Source: Mobula hypostoma (taxonomy: Eukaryota). Taken from it: 64,000 bases of DNA. The stretch lies in NCBI RefSeq assembly GCF_963921235.1, contig NC_086101.1, positions 12,216,001 through 12,280,000 of the forward strand, in the 5' to 3' direction. Under the pieces are notes generated by a model. It was not told the DNA's origin, searched no databases, and worked only from the letters and a program-made list of their open reading frames with translations. Numbering within the stretch: position 1 is the stretch's first letter; the number at the start of each line of letters is the position of its first letter. Below, piece after piece: positions 12,850 to 23,656 of the stretch. The position numbers and the translations under genes are program-made.

Positions 12850-14095
12850 CTCTGTTTCCCACATTGATTGATGTGATCCTCCAGAGTACGAATTTTGTCC
12901 CTTGCTATCCTTCTGCTCTTAATATACCTGTCAAAGCCATCAGGATTTTCCTTCACCTTGTCTGCTAGAGCACCTCATGTCTTCTTTTAGCCCTCCTGAT
13001 TTCCATCTGAAGTGCTCTCTTGCATTTCTGGTACTCTTCAATATCCTCATTCGTTCCTGCCTGCCTTTACCCGCTATGCACCTCCTTCTTTTTCTTAACC
13101 AGGACCTCAAAATCTCTTGAGAACCAAGGTCCGCTGAACATAGTGTCCTTGTCTTTTATTCTGATAGCAACATACAAACTTTGTAATCTCAAAATTTCAC
13201 TTTTGAAGCCTTCCCACTTACAAAATACACCTTTGCCAGAAAACAACCTGCTCCAACATACGTCTGCCAGTTCCTTTCTGATACCATAAAAATTGGCCTT
13301 ACTCCAGTTTGGGATCTCAAGCCTAGGACCAGACCTATCCTTTTCCATAATTACCTTGAAACTAATGGCATTATGATCACTGGATGTGAAGTGTTCCCCT
13401 ACACAAACTTCTGTCACCTGCCCTGTCTCATTCCCTAATAGCAGATCTGGTATGCACTCTCTCTAGTTGAGACTTTTATGTATTGATTAAGGAAAGTTTC
13501 CTGAACATATTAAACACTTTCCTATCCAGCTCTTTTACAGTATGGGAGTCCCAGTCAATAGGTAAATTTAATTTTCCACCTACTGTACCATAAGAACCTT
13601 GTGTTTTGTGCAACAGTCTGCGATCGCTCTACAAATTTGCTCCTCCAAATCTCACAGACTGTTGGGTGGTCTATAATATAATCCCGTTAACGTGATCATC
13701 CCTTTTTTATTCCTCATTTCTACGCAGAAAGCCTCGCTGGACGAGCTCTCCAGTCTGTCCTGACTGAGCACTGCGGTGATATTTTCCCCTCTAAAACGAC
13801 GGAGCCCCGGAACACCGATCTGCCAGTCCCGCCCCTCCGGCAACCGAGTCGCCCTAACGACTACAATATCCTAATTCCACCTGCTGATCCATGTCACAAG
13901 CTCATCCGCCTTTCCTACAAAGCACCTTGCATTGAAATATACACAGCTTAGAATATCAGTCCCATCACGCTGGATCTTTCGATCCCTGACTTTGTCTGTA
14001 ACAACATCTTTCTCCCCAACCATTCCGCTCTCTGCTCTGGTCCCCATTCCCCTGCAACAATAGTTTAAACCTCCCCGTGTAGCCCTTGCGAACCC
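12850..14095 (-). mobile_element. Degenerate CR1 ORF2 N-terminal AP-endonuclease fragment
   Basis: CVYFNAR, GLYYRPPNS, SSDHNAISF motifs in broken ORFs. Confidence 0.85.
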
Positions 14096-15439
14096 GATGA
14101 CTGACTGAATGATGTATGCGCTACGAACATTATTTCGAAACACTTGATCACCTTTTATGCCTGCGTAAGTGTGTTAAACATTCAACCGTAGTAGCCTGGG
14201 ATTTGGAATGAGAGCGGCAAGGCAGGGGTTCGATCCTGACCTCGGCTCCTATCCGCGTCAGGGTTGTACGTTCTCCTTACTTCGGTTTCCTCCCGCGTCC
14301 CAGAGGTCAACAGTAAATTATATCCTCCCCCCCGCCCCTCAACCCTTACCAGTTTAGGTGGATGGAGAATAATCGGAGCAAATCATGGGTCTGTGGGCGG
14401 TGGCGTGACTCAGGTGCAGCATGGATTCGACAGAATCTCGTAAAGTCATAGATACAGTTACAGTCATACTTTATTGATCCAGAGGGAAACTGGGTTTCGT
14501 TACAGTTGCACCAACCAAGAATAGAGTATAAATATAGCAATATGAAACCATAAATAATTTAAAATAATATGTAAATTACGCCAGATGGGAAGGGGATTTC
14601 CAGTTTACCACAAACCCCCAAATACAACAGTCCCAGCCAATTTCAAAAGCCATTTCCAAGCCCCTATCTGTACCGACCTTAGTCTATAGAAAAAAAATGT
14701 GAAAGGCTTATTATTTCGGAGCAAGACACGATCTGATGTAGGAACTCGGTGCGACAAGTCGAGCAGCGTCGGTGGGAGGGAAGAAAGGGTCGATATCTTG
14801 GGTCAACGCTCAACCCGCTGAGTTCGTCCCAGCAGATTAATACACACACATTGCTGGAGGAACTCAGCAGGCCAGGTAGCATCTGTGGAAAAGAGTAAAC
14901 AGTCGACATGGGCCGGGACGCTTCATCAGGACCTCCAGCAGGCTGTGTGTTGCACCAAATTCCAGCATCTGTAGTTACTTGTACCTTCAGTCTCAAAGGT
15001 TCGTTACCGTGGGGGGAAAAAGACCAGCAGAGAGAATACTGGTCCCTTTATGAGTTTAGGGATCGCGGTGGGTGGCGGTGGACGGGGGGGGGGGGGGCTG
15101 AATTGGGAAATTAATAGATACTACTGCAAGTGTACTTTGCAAGAGCCGGTGGGAGAGAGCCCTCCGGGTTCGATACCTCTGCGACAAATGCGTTGGGAGT
15201 GAGCTAGGAAAAGGTCTTCCCATTTTTGAATGAGTCACGGGAGGGCGAGAAGGGGAAAAGATTAAAAGTGACGGAGGTAAGGGATGATATGGGACGCGGT
15301 CGTGAGAAATGAACACAATCGAGCCCTTCGTTAGAAAACAATTAATGTATACTTCTAAGGGGAGGAAATAAACGCTATAGCCCAACAATAAACCAGATTT
15401 GATGGGCTGAACGGCCTCTTCTGCCCAAGGGTTACTCAC

Positions 15440-16066
15440 TTCATTGCCGCCGTCCGGAGGTATCCATCCGGTTCCATCATCTCGCCCGGGACTGCCGGCT
15501 CTGTGGTCCTCCCCCAGGATTTGGGGGCTGGATGGTTGACTCTCGCTCCGGTGCCCCCCAGGCAGGTTCTGGCCGTGGTTCTGCAGAGTGGCGGGCCCCG
15601 GTCCGGCCGAAGTCCGATCGGCAGGCGGGCTGGGAGCTGAGGAGGGCTGGGGCAGGCAACAGGAGTTCCAGGGGGAGCTGTAGAACGGAGGCACGGCCGG
15701 CAAGTATTTGTCCTCAGCACCCCTGCCGTTCTCTTCCCTGCCCGAGTCGCGGGTGCTCTCCGGCAGGGCGTGGGGGTGACGAGTCACCAGTGATCCCTGA
15801 GGCCAGGCTTCCGGAGCAGGGAAGGAGTACCAAGGTCTGGAGAGACTTTGTGAAACCCCTGGCCTGGTTTGCTCTCCAAGACGACATTCCGGGATCGGGT
15901 GACCATGGTAATCCACCTTAAATGAGCCGGGGCCACACTGTCGTTCTTGAGCGGTGGTGCATCGGTCCTGGGTGAATGGCGAGCCCATCTCCTGGTTCTG
16001 CTGCCGGGGTTCATTGAAGAGCGAGGGGAAAGACTTTGGGGCTTCATGGTGGCTGCGGCCGGTCAT
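15440..16066 (-). CDS. pou5f1: POU class 5 (Oct4/POU5) transcription factor, coding exon 1 (N-terminal transactivation region, 209 aa, MTGRSHHEAPK...PPDGGNE)
   Basis: ATG at 16066 with A at -3. Open frame contains POU5-type N-terminal motifs RPWYSF and FYSSPWN. Ends GAA|gtgagt (phase 0), joining exon 2. GC/CpG-rich. POU5F1 vs POU5F3 assignment is inferred. Confidence 0.8.
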
Positions 16067-16163
16067 AGTTGGTGGTAGAACTTGTATCGCTGAAGAAAAA
16101 GTGGGGGTGGGGAGGAAAGCTTCAGGAGTAAATAAATTCCAGACTGGACGGGAAAACGACTCT

Positions 16164-16354
16164 ATGCAAATTGTCAGGCTTTTGGACTGTTGTAAGAGTT
16201 CACTCCCAATCACTGAACTTGGTCGATTCACGCCGTCCTTTGATTAAACAGACAGATCAGATGATCTGGGATCAGAAAGGTAGCCTCCTTTTTGTCCCTC
16301 CCCCGGGCTACTAGTTGAGGCAAATACGCTCCCTTTTCTCTTAAAGATGCTAAT
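16164..16354. promoter_or_regulatory. Putative pou5 proximal promoter/5' region with octamers ATGCAAAT (16164-16171) and ATGCTAAT (16347-16354), CCAAT (16206-16210) and TCF/LEF site CCTTTGAT (16237-16244)
   Basis: Motifs read directly in apparently unique sequence 100-290 bp upstream of the ATG; TSS not determinable. Confidence 0.5.
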
Positions 16355-18727
16355 CTTACCTCCCCCACCACTCCATCTCCAGGTGATTTATTGCAGGGTT
16401 CTTCATCCTACCTGCCGAACTTAAAACCCAAACTCTTCGGTGTCCCATTAGAAACTAAATTCAAAGTGGAGGCGGGAAAATGCCATTGACACACCCACCG
16501 ATTCCCCTTCCAAATCGGAGCCTTTAAGATCTAACTTCCATGAAACCAGGAGAGAATTCCAACAGGACCTCCCCACAATGTATCAAAGACCCACCAGCGC
16601 CATTATCTTGCTAAATGATCTGTCAATAATGTTAATGCTTCCCTCAGCCAGACTCTCTGGCTGGGCTCCAGTGGGCTCCCGGAGATCAACTTCCGATAAA
16701 TTCTTCACACTTTTCACGTCTGAACAAACAGAAATATTTCTCACCTCCTGGTCTCCCGCTGTTTCAGGGGAGGCAGTCAATGGCCCCCACAAGATAGTCT
16801 TGTTGATTTAGTTATCTGGAGGTAAAGGGTTAGCGAGCAGCAGCAGCAAATTCATCTCTATTTTGGTTCCTCCCACGAAGGCACCTTTAAAATCCCTCAG
16901 GGCGGAGGGTGACTGACTTCCTCTATGTACGTCATGAAGTCAACATGGGGTAGCCGGTTGGAGGACACTGGGACCTCAAACAACCCGCTGGAGGAACTCT
17001 GATAAAGCAATTTATATTCCAACTCAGTGCATCCAGCAGCATCTGTGGGCTGGGGAGAGGACTTGTCCATGTTTGGTGCAACATCAGATGGGGTTGTTGA
17101 GAGATTGGGCAACTGTGCAATAGCTCAAGTCGTGTTTAGAGACACTTGAAAGCAGGAGGGTGGCTCAGAACATAGCACAGTACAGACCCACCGACTCATG
17201 ATGTTGTGCTGACCCTTTAACCGACTCCGAGCTCAAACCAACCATTGCCTCCCACAAAGCCCTCCATTTTATTTTCGTCCATGTGCCTATCTACGAGTCT
17301 CTTAAATTTCCTCTTATTTGTCCCGTTGTTTGTTCTTAAATATCAGTAATGTATTTGCCTGTACCACCACCCCTGGGAGGGCATTCCCATGCACCCACCA
17401 CTCACTGTATAAAAATACTACCTCTGACATCTCCTCTATACTTTCATTCAAATACCTTAAGCTGACGCCCTCTTGTATCAGCCAGTGATTCTATTCCATC
17501 CTTCAGTAAAACTTGAGGGATTGAGTTTTGGAGAGAGTTTGAACAGGTTGGAACATTTTTCATTGAAGCGTAGGAGAATGAAAGGTACATAAATCATGAT
17601 AAACACAAAATGCTCACGATAGGTAGGTGCATTGATAGGTTCAATGCACATGGTCTCTTTTTCAGGGTTGGAGAATCAATAATTGGAGGGCATAGATTTA
17701 AGGTAAGAGGGGACAGGTTTGATAGGAACTAGAGAGGCATTTTTTTTACCTGAGGGCGGTTGGTATGTGGAAAGAGCTGGCAGGCGTAGTGGTTGAGTCA
17801 GGTACATTAATGTTTAAAGGGTACTTGACAGGTACGTGGAGACACAAGAGATTCTGCAGGTGCTGGAAATCTTGAGCAACACACACAAAATGATGGAGGA
17901 ACTCAGCAGGTCAGGTGACTATGGAGAGACGTAAACAGTCAACATTTCAGGCTGAGATCGTACATCAGGAGTGATGAAGGGCTTTGGCCCGAAATGTTGA
18001 CTATTTATTCTCCTCTATAGGTACATGGATAGGAAAGGCTTTGCGGGATATGGGGCAAACAGGACTAGTTTAAAAAACTTTTGTCAACATGGACCAGTTG
18101 GCCCAAAGAGCCAGTTTCCATGGTGTATGACTCTAAGATCTTGGCTGATTTAATCATTGACCTCATCTCCATTGCCTTGCCTTGACCCTCACAGACCCCA
18201 TAAACTCACTGGAGAATTCCAAAGATTCACAGGTCTTTGAGAGAAGAAGTTCCCTTTCCTTGTGCTCACTGCAATCCTAGTCTTACTTGTTACAGGTGGA
18301 TGGACTACCTTAAACCTTCTTTTGTATTTCAGGTTGGCGGGTGTGTACAGAGCATGTCTCATATTGTCTAGCAAATTAAGGAAGGTAGATTTGCATAGCA
18401 CCTTACACCATCTGCAGTCATTCTCAATGTTGAATCAGTTGTTTTCCACAAAATTAAATCACTCATAGTGTTGTGACAATGACGATATAATCTCCTGAGG
18501 GATGCTAGAAGATAAAGGTGCTGTTTCAATTGGGATGGGGGTTGTGTAGTTGCAGATGAACTAGATCCTGATGGTTTAATGTCGGGTAAAAGCAGCAAAA
18601 TAAGTCAACTGTACTTCTTTTCATAGATGCTGCCTGACCTGCTAGGTTCCTCCAGTATTCTGTTTGTGTTGCTTGGATTTCCAGCATCTGCAGATTTTCT
18701 CTTGATGGTAACTATTAACAAGGTGGC

Positions 18728-18900
18728 ACCTCCTCAGCCCTGTACAGATAAATTAAATTAGTTTATTAATGTCACACGAACATTTTATGGACTCACTTTC
18801 AAGGACACTGGAGTCCCTGAAAAACAGTCCTTGAAGATGAGTCCGTAAGATGTCCATGTGACGATAATAAACTAATTTATCTGTACAGGGCTGAGGAGGT
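18728..18900. repeat. 173-bp inverted repeat (hairpin) with 28-bp perfect outer arms
   Basis: ACCTCCTCAGCCCTGTACAGATAAATTA ... TAATTTATCTGTACAGGGCTGAGGAGGT, plus imperfect inner pairing. Confidence 0.9.
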
Positions 18901-18912
18901 TAAAAGTAAATT

Positions 18913-18951
<39 letters not shown>

Positions 18952-19043
18952 AATTGCACAGTTTGATTCTATTGTATTTCTTTTTCTACTGTGAATGCCT
19001 GCAAGAAAATAAATCTCAATGCAGCATATGCCGGCATATATGT

Positions 19044-19466
19044 CGTGGCTATCCCTCGTGGTCGAGGATGATGGTCTTCGTTCTGAAGAAGTGGCCCACA
19101 GAGTGAAGACGCCTGTGCGTGCATTTGTTTAACGTGTACTTGATGTTGCACTCCAAGAAGCACACGATACTTCACAAATCAACCAACTGATTCCAGTGAC
19201 ATGGAAACCACGACGATTGGAGCTGATGGATTTGTTGCAGCCTTCATCCGCCTTCACAGCCGTTGAGTTCGAAGTAACTTCGTCCGCCTGTTCCACCGTT
19301 GAGATCTTGGTTGGATTGTTCTTTGTCAGGGACCTCACCCTCGACCTTACCGCCATGGGTGACCCTACCAGGAGCATAGCACCAGACAGCATCGCTCTCG
19401 AGATCACAGGACCACACAAGCTTCTCCACCACGACAAGGTGACAATCCACGGAGAAGACTGTCTGT
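19044..19466 (-). mobile_element. Non-coding ~420-bp SINE-like element, probably RTE-derived; TSD GGCATATATGT
   Basis: Close copy at 38257-38674 on the opposite strand; TSD at 19033-19043 and 19467-19477. Confidence 0.8.
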
Positions 19467-20221
19467 GGCATATATGTACCTTGATAATAAATTTACTTTG
19501 AACTTTGAACCTTGCTTTCTCTACAGATTAATTGTTTCTTCCACCCTTGCTTGTGTGTAGTTTTTCATTAATTCTATTATATTTCTTTGTTCTACTGTTA
19601 TTACAGACATTTACTGCCATTACAGACATTTATACCACACACTGCATCCGCAAAGCAAACAGCATTATGAGGGACCCCACGCACTCCTCATACAAACTCT
19701 TCTCCCTCCTGCCATCTGGCAAAAGGCACCAAAGCATTCGGGCTCTCATGACCAGACTATGTAACAGTTTCTTCCCCCAAGCCGTCAGACTCCTCAATAC
19801 CCAGAGCCTGGACTGACACCAACTTACTGCCCTCTACTGTGCCTGTTGTCTTGTTTATTATTTATTGTAATGCCTGCACTGTTTTGTGCACTGTATGCAG
19901 TCCTGAGTAGGTCTGTAGTCTAGTATTCTTTGTGTTGTTTTACATAGTTCAGTGTAGTTTTTGTATTGTCTCATGTCGCACTATGGTCCTGAAAAATGTT
20001 GTCTCATTTTTACTGTGTACTGTACCAGCAGTTACGGTCTAAATGACAATAAAAAGTGACTTGACTTGAATAAGAAAATGAACCTCATGATAGTATATAA
20101 TCACATATATGTACTTAGATAATAAATTTTCTTTGAACTTTTTGAAATTTGAGTGCTGGTAAATAGGATTAGCATAGATAGTCTATGCACACATGGTGGG
20201 CAAAGGACCAGTTTCTATGTT

Positions 20222-20401
20222 ACACACATCAAAGTTGCTGGTGAACGCAGCAGGCCAGGCAGCAGCTCTAGGAAGAGGTACAGTTGATGTTTAGGGCCGA
20301 GACCCTTCGTCAGGACTAACTTTGCCTGGCCTGCTGCGTTCTCCAGCAACTTTGATGTGTGTTGCTTGAAATTCCAGCATCTGCAGAATTCCTCGTATTT
20401 G
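20222..20401. mobile_element. Fold-back mini-element made of two inverted PLE pseudo-LTR ends; TSD AGTTTCTATGTT
   Basis: Inverted arms ACACACATCAAAGTTGCTGG.GAACGCAGCAGGCCAGGCA; TSD at 20210-20221 and 20402-20413. Confidence 0.8.
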
Positions 20402-21533
20402 AGTTTCTATGTTGGATGACTCCATGCCTCTTGAGCAGGAGGGTGTTGGAGCCTGTTTACACTTTTATCGCTGTATAAACGGAGAAAACTGCCCTATACA
20501 ATAATTAACACTGAGGCCCAAATTCCTTACCTTTCCTTTGGAATGGAGAGATGTTTAGAGCCAGTCCTGATGAAAGGTCTCAGCTTGAAACATCAACTTT
20601 CCACAGATACTGATTTTCTCCAGCAGTTTGTATGTGTGACACCGGATTTCCAGCATCTGCAGTATCTCTTGTGTTTTAGATATTTAGAGCTTATATTTAT
20701 CAGTTTTAGACCACAGAGAAAAAAAAAATACAGTTCCAAAGACCTTAAAATCTCCTTACATTGAACAGTACTTAAATTAATGTCAATCACACATCCTGAT
20801 TTAAGGATACGACTTTCAAAAAGCAGATATAGTTCATAGATTATTGCCCCATTGTGACCATGAAGTGAAGTATACCACACTCCGCTGAACGTCAGTAAGA
20901 CCAGGACTTCAGCGAGGGGAAGCTGCAGGAACGCACTTCGAGGAGTCAGCAGTGGAAAGGCTTTCAGTACCTGGGTGCCAACATCTCTGCCCAACATATC
21001 GATGCAATCACCAAGAAGGCAGGACAGTAGCTATACTTCATTAGGTGCTTGAAGTGATTTGACATGTCACCAAAGAGCCTGGCGACTTTCTGCAAATGTA
21101 CCCTGCTGAGGACTTGGACTGGCTGCGTTACAGCATGGTGTGGAGACTCCAGCGCGCAGAACTGTAAGAGGCTTCGGAGGGTTGTAAACTCAGGCCAACT
21201 CTATCATGCACACTAGCCTCCTCGCCATCGAGGACACCTTCGAAAGGGATGCCTCCACAAATGCAGCATCTATCGTGAAGGGCCACCTCCATGCAGGACA
21301 TGCCCTCTTTTCATTACTACCATCGAGAGGAGGTACAGGAGACTGAAGACCCACACTCAGTGTCTTAGGAACAGCTTCTACCTCTCCACCATCAGATTTC
21401 TGAACGGTTCATGAACCCCTGAACACTACCTCACTAATTTTCTCTCTTTTTGCACTATTTATTTATGTTCGTATTTCTTATTGTAACCTATAGTAATCTT
21501 TAATGTACAGCTGCCGCAAAACAACACACTTAG

Positions 21534-21926
21534 TCATAGTCATAGTCATACTTTATTGATCCCGGGGGAAACTGGCTTTCATTACAGTTGCACCATAAAT
21601 AATAAATAGCAATAAAACCATAAATAGTTAAATAGTAATATGTAAATTATGCCAGGAAATAAGTCCAGGACCAGCCTATCGGCTCAGGATGTCTGACCCT
21701 CCAAGGGAGGAGTTGTAAAGTTTGATGGCCACAGGCAGGAATGACTTCCTGTGACGCTCAGTGATGCATCTCGGAGGAATGAGTCTCTGGCTGAATGTAC
21801 TCCTGTGCCCACCCAGTACATTATGTAGTGGATGGGAGACATTGTCCAAGATGGCATGCAACTTGGACAGCATCCTCTTTTCAGACACCACCGTCAGAGA
21901 GTCCAGTTCCATCCCCACAACATCAC
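21534..21926 (-). mobile_element. Rex1/Babar-type LINE 3' end
   Basis: SHPLH...RHRKSFLPVAIKLYN; (GACTAT)n tail; close to the 57308-57979 copy. Confidence 0.85.
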
Positions 21927-23275
21927 AACATTTCACAACATGGCAGTGATAATAAACGTGATTCTGATGTATATATGGAAAATAAAATCCTCAAACATCA
22001 AAAACCCAAGCGGTAATTTCAGTCTCCCTTTTGTAAAGCCCTTACAAGTTTAATCATAGTTTATTATAGGGATTGAAAGTCGATGTGCTTTGCTTGAGTT
22101 TCTTTTTAATGATTAAAAATGTAAATTTTAGCAAACGAAAAGCAAAAAGTGGCACCAAAACCAAAGGTTCCAGCCCTGGAGATATCCAGCTGTTAAAGTA
22201 TCCATCCTAATTGCTAAAAAAAAACAAAACACAAGAGATTCTGAAGATAATAGAAACCTTGAGCGACACACACAAAGTGTTAGAGGAACTCAGCAGGTTA
22301 GCCAGCATCTATGGACATGAATAGAGAGTCAACGTTTCAGGCTGAGACCCTTTGTCAGGACTGGAAAGGAAGGGGGCAGAAGCCAGAATGAGAAGGTGGG
22401 GGGGGGGAGGAGTCCAAACTGGCAGGTGACAGGTGAGACCAGGTGAAGAGAATGCTGAGTGGGTGGGAGAGGACAATGAAGTGAGAAGCTGGGAGGCGAT
22501 AGATAGAAGAGGTGAACGGCTGTAGAAGACGGAATCTGATAGGAGAGGACAGTGGACCATGGGAGAAAGGGAAGGATGAGTGGCACCAGAGGGAGGTGAC
22601 GGGCAGTGAGGAAAAGATAAAGGATAAGAGGGCAATCGGAACAGTGAATGGAAAATGAGAGAAGGGGGGAGGTGGGAGTAATTACGGGAAGGTAAAATCG
22701 ATTCACGCCATCAGGTTACCTAGACAGAGTGTGAGGTGTTGCTCTCCACCCTGAGTTTGAGGAGGTCATGAGTTATCATGGACAGACATGTCGGAATGGA
22801 ATTGGTTAACGGAATTGAAATGGGTAGCCCTCAGGAAATCCGACTTTTCATCATGGATAGAGAGGAGGTGCTCGAGAAAGCAGCCCTCCAATCTGGGTCG
22901 TGTCTTGCCGATGCAGAGGAGGCCACACTGGGATCACCGACCTTTTGCAGCGGATGGAGCTGAGTTCTTTCAGCAGTGTGTGCGTGTTGCTCAAGATTTC
23001 CAGCATCCGTGGAATCTCTTGTGTTTATGATTTAAATGCTCATTGCTGGTTGTAATTTGCTGAGTTCAAGCCAGCTTCTTTGCTCTCTTTACAATGCTCT
23101 GTCATGACAACAGATTTCCAGGAGTTAGAGAAAATGGCTCAGAGGTCAGGGTCATAGAAAATACAGCTCTTCAGCTGACTGAGTTGCCCACCTAAGTTAG
23201 TCCCACTTTTTGGCCTGAATGCCTCCAAACCTATCCTACGTCCAAGTGTCTTTTAAATATTGTTACTACATCTGC

Positions 23276-23656
23276 TGGATGGTAGGGTGGAGATACCAAA
23301 TGAGGTGTAAGGTGCTCCTTCCCTCTGCTAGCCTGCAATTCACCTTTGGGCAAGGTGTAGCACCTGCTTTGCCCCCACCTCCCCTGATCAGGATCACGTG
23401 AAGCCATGCGATCTGGTGGTCCATGGCCATATGAGCAGGCGGTGCAGATCACAAGTCATGGTTTTGCGACCACTGACACCAGGCAGACAATCTCTGAAGA
23501 GTACTGATAAAGGCTGGGGTCACCTGATTTGTAAAGGCACTGCCCAGAGGAGGGCAATGACAAACCACTTCTGTAGAAAAATTTGCCAAGAAGAATATTG
23601 GTTACGGAGGCCATGATCGCCCACGCCATACGACGTGATACATAATGATGTTGATG
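23276..23656 (+). mobile_element. SINE-like element with RTE-type motif and (GAT)-rich tail; TSD ACTACA(T/C)CTGC
   Basis: GGCAATGACAAACCACT..TTTGCCAAGAA motif; TSD at 23265-23275 and 23657-23667 (1 mismatch). Confidence 0.6.

Noticed and set aside
15056..16231. 391-aa ORF from GTG as the full exon 1, with N-terminal extension and intron-1 read-through
   Set aside because: ATG at 16066 has good context and the donor at 15439 fits exon 2 phase; the extensions show no recognisable homology, though non-AUG initiation cannot be excluded
16578..17120. Short ORFs upstream of pou5 as an additional gene or exon
   Set aside because: No recognisable domain and no convincing splice chain
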